Shown: in pieces, positions 37,893-50,548 of the stretch
Numbering within the stretch: the first letter of the stretch is position 1
How the letters are laid out: each line of letters begins with the position of its first letter
From: Squalus acanthias
Lineage: Eukaryota
Direction: 5' to 3'
Length of the DNA stretch: 64,000 nucleotides
NCBI GenBank assembly: GCA_030390025.1
Contig: CM059432.1
Coordinates: forward strand, 15,378,001-15,442,000
The notes under the pieces: generated by a model
Database searches by the model: none
What the model was told of the DNA's origin: nothing
Seen by the model: only the letters and a program-made list of their open reading frames with translations
Program-made: the position numbers and the translations under genes

Positions 37893-38771
37893 CTATTAGA
37901 CTGTGAAAGGCATCACAGACTAGCCTGATCCTGTTCACACCTGAGCTCTACTCATTGGGATCGCTAGATAGCAATCCGGAATGATAACCCTAGCAGATTT
38001 TCCCCTCCTTAGCCTGTTAACATTCAACTGTTAGTCAATCTCCTTACTTCTATGGGCAGCGCACCAAGGCCTGTTGTAGTATTCCAAAATACTGCCCCAG
38101 CTGAAATCAGAACATTTCCCTATTACTGCAGCAATTTCTTTTTGCTAATTTCCCAGTGATCTGCATAACTAAAAGCGCAGGACACAACAGCGTAATCCAA
38201 TGACTAAATTACAGCGTGGTGTAATCAGGATTTAAAGTAGCTCTACTCACACTCTGCTGTATTAAATATGTCAAATCTGTTATCTCAGAGATTCTGACAT
38301 TGCAGAAGCTGCTAGGGATGTACCTGGAGAGAATAAAAATCCCTTAGGATTGAATTGCATGTCTCTGCAATGGACCGGAGGTAATAAATCCAATCTGACA
38401 GCTATTCAGAGACTGAAGCAATATTCTATCAAATGTTTTTAAAGTTAGTTCCCTACAAGTCAAGCATAGGTTCCTTGGAGATTTATTAGACATTTACCCT
38501 GCAACTCACATTTACATAACAGAGTGTATCATTTTTAAAACTAGCTACCAACTTTAAGAAGCCACTGGCCTTCAGTAAATGAATCATGTAAGGAAAATGT
38601 CTCCCAAGAGTTCGGATTCACTGCAATTAATTAATAAGCTAATATATATATATTTTATTAAAAAGGGCCTTAAATTTAACTCTGTTGGCCCTTGGTGCAG
38701 GAGACCACCAAGTATGAAACGAGTAGGAAAGAGGACAGAGCACATCAGAACGTGGTGTTTAGTTAAGACAA

Positions 38772-38993
38772 TGATGTGGAGATGACACGTTGGACCCCCT
38801 GGGACACATCTCATTGTCTTGGCTGTGCTCTTTGATGTAGGGAAAGATGTGAATAGATTTTGTCTGTGTTTAAATTGTGAATTCTGGGAGATTCTCTCAC
38901 TGCTAACTTACCTGACGAAGGAGCGAACTGCTCCGAAAGCTTGTAAAATTAAATAAATCTGTTGGACTATAACCTGGTGTTGTGCGACTTCTC
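38772..38993 (+). mobile_element. Penelope-like element 3' terminal fragment with 11-bp TSD
   Basis: Near-identical to 45800-46020; TSD AGTTAAGACAA at 38761-38771 and 38994-39004. Confidence 0.85.
38908..38946 (+). ncRNA. Minimal type-I hammerhead ribozyme motif
   Basis: TTAC-CTGACGA-A-GGAGC(gaact)GCTCC-GAAA-GC-TT-GTAA: core, 5-bp stem II, palindromic AAGCTT stem III, TTAC/GTAA stem I. Confidence 0.7.
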
Positions 38994-39114
38994 AGTTAAG
39001 ACAAAGCTTAGGTTTAGGAGCCTGCAGATTATAGAAGAAAGGGAAGTCTAAAGGCAGTAGGAATTTGTAGAGTTTTGAGGTGCGGGGAAAGAGCAGGAGG
39101 CTGCATAATGCAGG

Positions 39115-39598
39115 AACGAGCTTGCATTTACATAAGTGCCTTTCACATCCTCAGGACATCCCAAAGTGCTTTAAAGAAGTAAATTACTTTTGGAAGTGTA
39201 TTAACAGTTGTTTTATAGACAAAAACAGCAGCCAATTTGGGCACAGCAAGGTCCCACAAACAAAATGAGATAACGGCCAGGCTCTGTTTATAATGGTGTT
39301 GGTTAAATAGTGGCCAAAACAGCAACCTGCATTTATATAGCGTCTTTAACGTTAAAAAAAAAACGCCAAGAGAACTCCAGGATTCTCTTTAAATATTGGC
39401 ATGGGTTCTTTTATATCCACCTGAGAGGGCAGACAAGACCACGGTTTAACATCTCATCTGAAAGACGGCACCTCTGACAGTGTAGCACTCCCTCAATACT
39501 GCACTGGAGTGAAGCCGAGATTAGGTGCTCAAGCCATTGAATGAGGTTTGAAGCCATGGCCTTCAGACTGAGAGCTACCACTGAGCCAAAGGTGACAC
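39115..39598 (-). mobile_element. Diverged SacSINE1-like SINE pieces
   Basis: Deu core and tail on the minus strand. Confidence 0.7.
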
Positions 39599-39989
39599 CC
39601 AAATGAGTCTTCATTTCAATACAGTGAGGACATAGGGGGAAGAGATGAGCAAAAACGGGAAGTGTATTTTCAGCTAATGAGGAACAAGACAGGAAAGTTC
39701 AGCGGAGCAATGACCATAGTAGTATCAATAAGATCGAAAGAAACATTTATATAGTGCCTTAATACATCCTTAACGTGTCCCAAATTGTTTCACATCTAAT
39801 GAATTACTTTGGAAATTTAGTCATGATTCTTATGTAGAATTGATGAATCAGTGTTGTTAATGAATTAATGAAATTGGAATCATCCATGCAATATTTATTT
39901 TGAACTATCATTCCCAATTGAAAATGTGAAGATACTAATTTTAAATATTAGGATTATGCTAACAGGCTATGTGAAAAAAAGTGTTACTA

Positions 39990-42020
39990 AGAACATAAGA
40001 ACATAAGAAATAGGAGCAGGAATAGGCCACTTGGCCCCTCGAGCCATTCAATAAGATCATGGCTGATCTTGGGCTCAAAGCCACTTCCCCGCCCGCTCCC
40101 CATAACCCTTCACTCCCTTATCTTGCAAAAATTTGTCTATCTCCACCTTAAATGTATTTAATGACCCAGCCTCCACAGCTCTCTGGGGCAGAGAATTCCA
40201 CAGATTTACAACCCTCTGAGAGAAGAAATTCCTCCTCATCTCAGTTCTAAAAGGGCGACCCTTTATTCTAAAACTGTGCCCCCGAGTTCTAGATTTCGCC
40301 ACGAGGGGAAACATCTTCTCTGCATCTACCCTGTCGAGCCCCCTCAGTATCTTATATGTTTCAATAAGATCACCTCTCATTCTTCTAAATTCCAATGAGT
40401 ATAGGCCCAGCCTGTTCAACCTTTCCTCATAAATCAACCCCCTCATCTCTGGAATTAACCTAGTGAATCGTCTCTGAACTGCCTCCAATGCAAGTATATC
40501 CTTCCTTAAATAAGGAGACCAAAACTGTACGCAGTACTCAAGGTGTGGTCTCACCAATACCCTGTACAGTTGTAACAGGACTTCCCTGCTTTTATACTCC
40601 AACCCCTTTGAAATAAAGGCCAACATTCCATTTGCCTTTTTGATTACTTGCTGTACCTGCATGCTAACTTTTTGTGTTTCATGCACAAGGACCCCCAGGT
40701 CCCTCTGAATAGTAGCATTTTGTAATCTCTCTCCATTTAAATAATAATTAGCTTTTTTATTTTTCCTGCCAAAGTGTATAACCTCGCACTTTCCCACATT
40801 ATACTCCATCTGCCAAATGTTTGCCCACTCACTTAGCCTGTCTATATCCCTTTGCAGGTTGTTTGAGTCCTCTGCACAACTTGCTTTCCCACCCATCTTT
40901 ATATCATCCGCAAACTTGGCTACATTACACTCGGTCCCTTCATCCAAGTCATTAATGTAGATTGTAAATAGTTGAGGCCCCAGCACCGATCCCTGTGGCA
41001 CCCCACAAGTTACCGTTTGCCAACCGGAAAATGACCCATTTATCCCGACTCTCTGCTTTCTGTTAGTTAGCCAATTCTCTATCCATGCTACTGTATTACC
41101 CCCAATTCTGTGAGCTCTTATCTTATGCAGTTACTTTTATGTGGCACCTTGTCCACCCTGCTCGTTACCTCCTCAAAGAACTGCAGCAAGTTTGTTAAAC
41201 ATGATTTCCCTTTCATAAATCTATGCTGACTCTGCTTGACTGCATTATGATATTCCAAATGCCCTGCTACTGCTTCCTTAATGAAGGACTCCAGCATTTT
41301 CCCCAACGACAGATGTTAGGCTAACTGGTCTATAGTTTCCTGCTTTCTGTCTCCCTCCTTTCTTAAATAGGGGTGTTACATTTGCGGTTTTCCAATCCGC
41401 TGGGACCTCTCCAGAGTCCAGGGAATTTTGGTATATTGCAACCAATGCATCCACTATCTCTGCAGCCACTTCTTTTAAGACCCTGGGATGCAGGCCATCT
41501 GGTCCAGAGGACTTGTCATCTTTTAGTCCCATTATTTTACCAAGTACTATTTCCTTAGTGATAGTGATTGTCTTTAGTTCCCCCCTCCCTGTGGCCCCTT
41601 GATTATCCATTATTGGGATGTTGTTAGTGTCTTCTACCGTGAAGACTGATACAAAATATTTGTTCAGAGTCTCTGCCATTTCCCCGTTCCCCATTATTAA
41701 TTCCCCAGTCTCATCCTCTAAGGGACCAACGTTTACTTTAGCTACCCTCTTCCTTTTTATATACCTGTAGAAGCTCTTACTATCTGTGTTAATGTTTCTT
41801 GCCAGTTTACTCTCATAATTCATCTTCTCTCTCTTTTGTTTTTTTTAGTCATCCTTTGCTGGTTTTTAAAAATTTCCCAATCTTCTGGTCTCCCACCAAT
41901 CTTGGCAACATTGTATGCCTTCATTTTCAATTTGATACCATCCTTTACTTCCTTAGTTAGCCACGGATGGTGCTCTCTTCTCTTAAAATCTTTCTTTCTC
42001 ACTGGAATATATTTTTGTTG
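39990..42020 (-). mobile_element. CR1/HER1 LINE, ~2 kb 3' portion of ORF2 (pseudogenised)
   Basis: ORFs 41278-41823 (GPDGLHPRVLKE, NYRPVSLTS) and 40075-41001 (308 aa, PQGSVLGP...FADD); frameshifts and a deletion between them. Confidence 0.95.
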
Positions 42021-42099
42021 AGAATTTTGTTTTATAAATATGGACATTATTTTCTACTTATCTGCTTGCATAATTGAGTCCCTCCAGCAGCATTCATGA

Positions 42100-42430
42100 A
42101 CTGGGGACACAATCTATTCCCAGGCTTCTGTGTTTAATGCTGTAAAACTGGCCACTCTACCATGTGGTGCTGAGAGAAGGACAATGATGAAGGAACATAA
42201 GCAGACCCTGGATGCCCTTGGAATATGCTGTGCAGGTGCATGCTGTCTATCTGCTGGAGAGATAAAGTGACCCCAATTGAAGTAATGAGAGGGAGTGGCC
42301 TGTGCACAGTAACAGAAGTCGTTATGACAAGAAGATCATTAAGGCACGGCATCTGTTCCATACGGCTGAAGATCAGTACCCTCAAAAGGCGATGGAAAAG
42401 AGTCCCGTCTGCATATGGAAGCTGAGATGG
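42100..42430 (+). mobile_element. Ancient RTE-clade LINE remnant
   Basis: Decayed post-RT motif (FNAV.LATL..GAE..T; C.CMLSICWRDKVTPIEVMR). Confidence 0.55.
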
Positions 42431-42451
42431 TGGGGCTTGATAAAGAGGGAG

Positions 42452-43712
42452 AAATTGATAAAGAGAGAGAAAAGAGAATATGAGAGTAAACCAGCAAGAG
42501 ACATAAAACCAGACTGTAAAAGCTTTTATAGGTATGTAAAAAGGAAGAGATTATTGAAAGTAAACGTGGGTCCCTTACAGGCAGAGACAGGAGAAATTAT
42601 AACGGGGAATAAGGAAATGGCAGAGACATTAAACAAATACTTTGTATCTATCTTCATGGAAGAAGACACAAAAAATATTCCGGAAATAGTGGGGAACCAA
42701 TGTTCTCGTGACAATGAGGAACTTAAAGAAACTAGTATTAGTAAAGAAATAGTACTGGAGAAATTAATGGGACTAAAAGCCAACAAATCCCTTGGACCTG
42801 ATGGACTAAATCCTAATGTTTTAAAAGAGGTGGCTACAGAGATAGTGGATGCATTGGTTTTGATCTTCCAGAATTCCCTGGATTCTAGAATGGTTCCTGT
42901 GGATTGGAAGGTAGCAAATGTAACCCCGCAATTTAAGAAAGGAGGGAGAGGGAAAATAGGGAACTATAGACCAGTAAGCCTGACATCAGTAGTAGGGAAA
43001 ATGCTGGAATCGATTATTAGGGATGTGCTAACAGGGCACTTAGAAAATCATAATATGATTGGGCAGAGTTAACACGGATTTATGAAAGGGAAATCATGTT
43101 TGACAAATCTGTTAGAGTTTTTTGAAGATGTAACTAGCAGGGGAGATAAGGAGGAACCAGTGAATACAGTGTATTTGGATTTTCAAAAAGCATTCGATAA
43201 AGTGCCACACAAGAGTTTATTACACAAAATTAGGGCTCATGGGATTGGGGGTAATATATTAGCATGGATTGAGGATTGGTTTACGGACAGAAAACAGAGA
43301 GCAGGAATAAACGGGTCATTTTCAGGTTAGCAGGCTGTAACTAGTGGCGTACCGCAAGGATCAGTGCTTGGGCTTCAGCTATTTACAATCTATATTAATA
43401 ACTTAGATGAGGGGACCGAGTGTAATGTATCCAAGTTTACTGCCGATACAAAACTAAGTGGGAAAGTAAGTGAAACTTTTTCACTCAGAGGGTTGTGAAT
43501 CTTTGTAATTCTCTACCCCAGAGGGCTGTGGATGCTCAGTTGTTGAGTATATTCAAGGCTGAGAGAGGTAGATTTTTGGACTCTAGGGGAATCAAGGGAT
43601 ATGGGGATCGGGCAGGAAAGTGGAGTTGAGGTCGAAGATCAGCCATTGAATGGCGGAGCAGGCTCAAGGGACCGTCTGACCTACTCCTGCTCCTAATTCT
43701 TATGTTCTTATG
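42452..43712 (+). mobile_element. CR1/HER1 LINE fragment with internal deletion
   Basis: KSFYRYVKRKR, NYRPVSLTSVVGKMLE, YLDFQKAFDKVPH; jumps from the RT core to the 3' end at ~43475. Confidence 0.9.
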
Positions 43713-43849
43713 ACGCTACAGGAAGACCTAAATACATGACTAACAATGGGCAGATAACCATGAGAGCTGGCAGAAGGGAAACAGGATGGCAAGCTGTTGA
43801 TGCATATGTATCGACAGCCCACTTATGACAATGTATCCTCCATATAGAA

Positions 43850-44530
43850 GTATAGAACAGCATTAGCTAGCATTTATAAAGTGTCTTTAATGCAAAACAC
43901 ATCCCAATACACTTCACAATGGAGACTTACAGGCAAAAAGTACCCCCAGCCATGGAGGGAAAGATTAGTGAGAGGCAACTAAAAACTTGGTCAAAAAGAT
44001 GAATTTTGAAATGGTTTTTGAAGGAGAGAGAAGTGGAGTTGGGTAGGGGTGGGGTGGGGAGTTTGAAAGAGTGAGGCCGAGGTAGCTGAAAGCTCTGTCA
44101 CAACGGGAGAGGAAATGTATAAAAGGCCAGAATTGGAGGACCGAAGTGTGGGAGGGAATATAAGGCTGGAGGAGGTTGCACAAGGAGGTAGGGCAAGGAC
44201 ATAGAAGGATTTAAAGATGAGGAGTTTAAATTTAATATATTGAGGGGCAGAGAGTGAAACCTGGGCATCAAGGATGAGGTGATGGATGAGTGGGACTAGG
44301 TGTCGGACAGGATATGGGCAGCTGCATTTAGGAAAAATGAGAGTTTGTAGAGGATGGAAGATGTAAGGAGGACATTGGAATAATTGAGTGTAGTGGTGAC
44401 AAAATCATGGATAAGGGTTTGAGGGGCTGAGGTAGGTGCAGCAACAGACAATGCGGCACAGGTGGAAATAGGAGATGGACAGGATATGGGTAATACAAAT
44501 GCTTCTCCTTGACAGCCTGGCTAAGTTCAG
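43850..44530 (-). mobile_element. Old L2 LINE fragment
   Basis: CNLLQPY.P motif and L2-type tail. Confidence 0.65.
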
Positions 44531-44998
44531 GAACTGACTGTGTCATGGATCATGTGCACGGAACCCAGTGGAACAGTGCAATATCACCATCCTCTATCAT
44601 ACAGTAGAACTTGTGTTTCTAATTGCCATATGAGGGTGGCCTAATAGTTGAAGCATTTTAAAAATGAATCTGAAAGTCACATGTCTATCTGGCCTTTAAT
44701 CTTCCTTTCCTCGGTTTGATCAATTCTCAACTGAGCCACTAAATAGAGCCCCGAGCAGAAACAAGGTGATGCTTCTCGATGGAGATACAAAGTAGTCAGC
44801 TACTGGAAGGACTCTGATTATGCATAGGTGCCATAAAAGAAACACCACTCTGATATAGATAGTCAAAGAGCAGTGGCAGGTGTCACAGAGATGTCCACAG
44901 CTTAGACCATCTCTACCATCTGGGCCTTTCAGGAGAAAAAAATAAAGTTGAGGGGGAAAAATATGTTTGTTGTGTGTTGTTAATTGCTTTTTCCTCAG

Positions 44999-45028
44999 AA
45001 TATAATGGAGTTGGCACTTGAAGTGGAG
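44999..45028 (+). other. Candidate 30-nt microexon (NIMELALEVE; Kozak-like ataATGg at 45005)
   Basis: Strong acceptor taattgctttttcctcag and donor GAG|GTATGT; only frame 0 is open. Confidence 0.4.
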
Positions 45029-45382
45029 GTATGTTGGCTGCTAAATACAGGCAATAGTTGCCTTGTAACCATGGTGCCCCAATCTGTAGCACAACACTGT
45101 GGTGGAATGCAGGTTCAGTTCCCCATGGTGCCGTGCCCCAGATCTCAGCTACATTACCCTCGTGCCTCTGCGAGCAACAAGATTGTGATATTGGAAGAGG
45201 TCTGAAAATAGATGCACTGTCTCGGCCACAGGAGAATTACTGGGAGAAAAGTAATAGCTAACCCTAACATGGTTATGTTTCCTACAACAGAATGAAGTCA
45301 TTTTTTAATCTTCATATCACTTCTTTATACTACAGATGGCTGATGTCTCACATGCCTTTTGCCTTTAAGTCTCTCTCACTGA

Positions 45383-46023
45383 TATACATGTGACTCGGCC
45401 AACGTTGTCTACCTGATACGTTGCAGTAAAGGATGCTCCAGAGCATGGTACATCGGCGAGACCATGCAGACACTGAGACAACGTATGAACGGACACCGCG
45501 CAACAATCGCCAGGCAGGAGGGTTGCCTCCCAGTCGGGGAACACTTCAGCAGTCAGGGGCATTCAGCCTCGGATCTGCGGGTAAGCGTTCTCCAAGGCGG
45601 CCTTCGGGATACACGACAGCGCAAAATCATAGAGCAGAAACTGATAGCCAAGTTCCGCACTCATGAGGATGGCCTCAATCGCGATATCGGGTTCATGTCA
45701 CGATACAGAACGTGACTTGACATCATGGCCGGTCTTTCCAGGTTTTGTTTTAAAAAGACTAACACAACAAATGGAGAGGATATGCAGCCAGCAGGTGGTT
45801 TGACACGTTGGACCCCCTGGGACACATCTCATTGTCTTGGCTGTGCTCTTCGTGTGTCTTTGATGTAGGGAAAGATTTGAATAGATTTTTTCTGTGTTTA
45901 TATTGTGAATTCTGGGAGATTCTCTCACAGCTACCTTACCTGAAGAAGGAGCGAACAGCTCCGAAAGCTTGTAAAATTAAATAAATCTGTTGGACTATAA
46001 CCTGGTGTTGTGCGACTTCTGAT
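45383..46023 (+). mobile_element. 5'-truncated Penelope-like retroelement (GIY-YIG endonuclease plus 3' UTR)
   Basis: In frame 45383-45715: YTCDSANVVYLIRCSKGCSRAWYIGETMQTLRQRMNGH...VGEHF...EQKLIAKF.T..DGLNRD; TSD TGATATACA at 45380 and 46024. Confidence 0.9.
45936..45974 (+). ncRNA. Minimal type-I hammerhead ribozyme motif in the Penelope 3' UTR
   Basis: TTAC-CTGAAGA-A-GGAGC(gaaca)GCTCC-GAAA-GC-TT-GTAA. Confidence 0.7.
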
Positions 46024-48639
46024 TGATATACAAAGGTCAGCCAAGACCAACTCTCCCACCCAGTTCATCACACGTTTCAGTGCTAAGCCAACACTTCTAT
46101 AGTATTTCATTAAACTTTTCAGTACCGAAAGGTATGATATAAAGCCATTCTTTAAAAAAAAAAAATTTGTAACCTTTGGGTTTTTTCTGTGAAACATAGC
46201 ACCAGTCTTGCTCTTTTAATTTATTATTTAGCTCTCTCCACCTTTATAAAGTAGTCTTTCATCATAAACAGTTATGTTTACTTTCTCTTACCCTCAGTTT
46301 CAAAGTGCATGACATCCAATTTGCTTTTCAAAATATACAGCCGAAGAGTAATCTCAAATAATCAGTTTGTCTCTGTTCCTTTGTACTTTCACACTCACAC
46401 GGTCTCTTGAGATCACAATTGCTGAAAGAACTCACTGACAGCTGGTCATCTTTGACATGGAACCAACCCTTTCCAAGAATGGAGATCAGGCTCAGGCTGT
46501 GAACGGCAGTGGATCCTGCCAATTAGGGTCATGCGCAGCACATCTTCCCTCTGCTCCGACCATATTTCAGGCTCTCTAAAATCATGTCGGAGGACTTGTT
46601 AAAAGAGCTCATTAAAATCAGTGAACCTTTGGTGATTCAGCACTGTGAAGGCTCAGTTTGATAAATGTAACTTGGCCAAACAAACCACCCAGGTTCCATC
46701 CCTGGTCTATGCTGAGTTTGCCAATTTCAGCGGGAGCAGCGCCTGGCATTATAACTTGCCTCAGCCAGGGAGGAGAAATTTAGCCAGCATTCCTGCTCCT
46801 GATCATGATTCAGTGACTTATGTTGGACGGTGCACGTGAGTGGAGGCTGGGTAAAGACAGCATCAGACTGTGATATCCCCGTGCCTGAACAGCCTGTCGA
46901 CACTCACTGTCTAGACTCACACATAAAGAACAGCTAGTTGGGTGAGGTAGTGGAGAGTGGCTGGTTTAGGTGGAATGATATCTGACCCTATAGTACCTTC
47001 AAACAAGGGAGGAGAGGTGGGGATGGAGAAAGGAAGAAAAAAAGTTGGAAGTCTTCAGTAGTTAGATGACACTGCCTAAACAATCTGCATTCAAAGTACT
47101 TTTTAAATTATAGTAGCTCATTACAAAGTAATCGTTTTGTCCATGAGTAAAGCGCAGGAGATCAATAGCTGTTATTTAAAAATCATTCCTGACTTTAAAA
47201 GTTGCTAAATAAATGAACCCCATTGCTGGAAGCTGTTATGGATAAGCACTTCGATGATTAAATTAGTTACAACGTGCTTTATTAAATCACACTCATAAGA
47301 TATATATATATATATGTGAAATTACTGGTGGCAATATTAGCAGAGAAACCTCCCTCTGTCTGATATTTTATTACAGGTGTTAACCCATTTATTTTAATTG
47401 GGTTAATGCTTGTATTAAAAAGGAGGTAAGTCATCCAAACTTCTTCAGTATTCATCCACTTATATTGACAACAGCAATTTCTAGGTTATATATTTGGATG
47501 TAAGTGTCTCTAGAAATCCCTGTTTCTTGCACTGCCGATGGTCAAATAATTAAGGTGCCCTTATGAGTTCCAGAAAATCACTCAAATCACCTGATCGGGA
47601 TTATCCCATTAATCAGCTGAACAGAGCTCAGTGTGTCACAGAAACAGCCTTTACCCAAATAATATATGGAAGATCAATCCCACAGTCAGGACCATTGTTT
47701 TACGGCGACTGAATAAGTCAAATTCTGTTTTTAATTGCCTGAGATTCTGGGACTTTTACTGATGTTTCGGGGATTGCATTCCACAATTTCATCCACTTAT
47801 AATTAGACCCATTGTTTTTACAGTGACTAAATAAGACAAAGCTGTTTTTATTCCATGGGAGTCCAGGATTTTCTGCGATTCTTACTAATGATTCGCCAGC
47901 TGTAAATCAGTGGTCTTGCCCATAGTGCACCAAAGGCATCTGGACATGCTCAGTTAATGCGTCGGTATCTCCTCAATGATCCATGGAAAGTGATGACAGT
48001 GTATTAAATAGATCCTAGGGAGATAGCCAAAATATCACAGGATTTAACTGGAAGCAATCTCTAGCTTTGAGGAATAGCGCCATGAAGGATTAAGGGTTAA
48101 CAAGTCGCTTTTCAAAGCCCGTCCTGGTTAAAGGAAGATTCCGAAGGATGAAGTCATGTCCCTATCCTACGATAAAGTCAGTAATTGGAAGCTAACCTCC
48201 TTAATTCCTGCTTCACTTGACTTAACTGCCTGCTGGCTAATATGAATTAATCATACAGGTGGCATGTGGTTTCTATGTGGTGCGTGAAGTAAATGCTTTT
48301 TTATTAAACACTCATGCATAATGATTTGTGGTAATCTTTGTCAACACCAGAATGCAGAATGACATGACCTAGAAGAAAATGCTTACCAGTTCCTGGCTGC
48401 TATTTAGTGTATCTCAATTAGTATACAGCCTGACAAAGGAAGTTAGATCTGTTAGTCTGAGGGAAGGGAGGGTGGAGAGACTGCTTCTCTCCTCCCCGAA
48501 TAAACAGTCATCACACTACAGTAAAGGAAATTCCCGTCGATCTTTTGCTTTCTCCATTTCCTGGAGCACCTACACATCTCCAGAGATACACAACGCTCAC
48601 AGCGCCTTGATTCATCAATATTTGTTACTTTAGTGGGTT

Positions 48640-49040
48640 AAACAAGCGCTCTACTCGGAGCTCCGACACGACAAGAGAGCCCCAGGTGGCCAACGAAACG
48701 CTTCAAGGACACCCTCAAAGCCTCCTTGAAAAAGTGCAACATCCCCACCGACACCTGGGAATCCCTGGTCCAAGACCGCACAAAGTGGAGGAGAAGCATC
48801 CGGGAAGGCGCCGAACACCTCGAGTCTCTTCGCCGGGAGCAAGCGGAAGCCAAGCGCAAGCAGAGCAAGGAGCGCACGTCAACCCAAGCACCCCACCCAC
48901 CCGCCCCTTCAACCACCGTCTGCCCCACCTGTGACAGAGACTGTAGGTCCTGCATTGGACTCATCAGTCACCTGAGAACTCATTTTTAATGTGGAAGCAA
49001 GTCATCCTCGGTTCCGAGGGACTGCCTAAGAAGAGAAGAA
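48640..49040 (+). mobile_element. RTE-clade LINE 3' fragment
   Basis: FKDTLKASLKKCNIPTDTWESL.QDR.KWR and C-terminal CPTCDRDC.S.IGL.SHLRTH zinc-finger motif. Confidence 0.85.
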
Positions 49041-49833
49041 AACTGCTATAATGAACCAAACAGTGTATTCAAGTACTGTTTGTGTTTTTCTGACTCATGG
49101 CTTCCCAATTCATTTCTGATTTTAGATAATGTTCCAAAATGTGTAGAGAACTTTAAACGGGGACCTGATTCTTGCCTTCTGTTTATTTTTCTAGCCTTGC
49201 AGCGATGTGTTTGCACAGATTGCGAATCATCAGGCGGCCAGATAGCTTTGGCTTAGAATTGTAGAACTAAGATGCCCTGATGGCTTTCTGGCTAAATTAC
49301 ACCAGCTGCTGTGGTTCTGAGCCCGGCTGACCGGAAAGTCTCAGGTTCCATCCTAAGTTCACTCAGCCAACATCGGTAGGGATGACGATTGGCCTCAGCA
49401 CTCCTGGGCTAGATAAGGGGGGGGAAAAAATCAGCAGGGTTCCTGCCCGTCACTAGCACTGTCACTCCTGTTCTGTAACTGACTGGCAGTGGGTGCATAG
49501 CGGTGATCTGGGTTGACTCACAGTTCTGACATTTCTCCTCTTTCCCTTCCTGCATGGAAGTGCTTTGCTTCCAGTCTGTGCGTCTCCTCTGTTTTAGCTG
49601 TTCCCCTGGGTACTCTCGGCCGAGACCCAGAACTTACCACACAGGGAAATCATGTCCCTACATCACACCTCTCCACGATGCAGTCCCTACAACACTAATG
49701 CCAACCGAAAATTTGAGCAATTGAATTTCTATCAGCGGGAACAAGAAAACGGTGTTGGAAATCTGAAACAAAAACAGAAAATGATGGAAATACAGAGCAG
49801 GTCAGTCAGTATGTGAAGGAGAAAAGACAGAAC

Positions 49834-50548
49834 TGGGTGTCCTCGTACATGAAACACAAAAAGTTAACATGCAGGTACAGCAAGTAATTAGGAAGGCAAA
49901 TGGAATGTTGTCCTTTATTTCAAGGGGGATGGAGTATAAAAGTAGGGAAGTCCTGCTACAACTGTACAGGGTATTGGTGAGACCACACCTAGAGTACTGC
50001 ATATAGTTTTGGTCTCCTTATTTAAGGAGGGATATACTTGCATTGGAGGCAGTGCAGAGAAGGTTCACTAGGTTGATTTCTGGGATGGAAGGGTTGTCTT
50101 ATGAGGAAAGGTTGAGCAGGCTGGGCCTATACTCATTGGAGTTTAGAAGAATGAGAGGTGATCTTATTGAAACATATAAGATTCTGAGGGGGTTGGACAG
50201 GGTAGATGCTGAGAGGATGTTTCCCCTCATGGGGGAATCTAGAACGAGGGGGCAGAGTCTCAGAATAAAGGGGTCGCCCATTTAAGACGGAGATGAGGAG
50301 GAATTTATTTTCTCAGAGGGTCGTGAATCTTTGGAATTCTTTACCCCAGAGAGCTGTGGAAGCTGAGTCATTGAATATATTCAAGGCTGAGAGGACAGAT
50401 TTTTGAGCAACAGGGGAGTCAAGGGTTATGGGGAGCGGGCAGGAAAGTGGAGTTGAGGCCAAAATCGGATCAGCCATGATCCCATTAAATAGCAGAGCTG
50501 GCTCGAGGGGCTGACTGGCCTGCTCCTGCTCCTTTTTCTTATGTTCTT
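49834..50548 (+). mobile_element. CR1/HER1 3' fragment splitting an old hammerhead-family short element (49740-49833 and 50549-50700)
   Basis: EAVQRRFTRLI...GESRTRG; flanks resemble the 33439 element. Confidence 0.85.

Noticed and set aside
38306..38380. 75-nt exon candidate (AARDVPGENKNPLGLNCMSLQWTG)
   Set aside because: Weak polypyrimidine tract and donor; its phase is incompatible with neighbouring candidates.
40075..41001. Longest ORF (308 aa) as a host gene
   Set aside because: It is the C-terminal half of CR1 ORF2 in a truncated, frameshifted copy.
42302..43072. 256-aa ORF as a novel fusion protein
   Set aside because: Chance read-through from an RTE remnant into a CR1 fragment; it ends at a premature stop.
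48387..48429. Minus-strand segment between acceptor- and donor-like sites
   Set aside because: Stops in all three frames and no other support.
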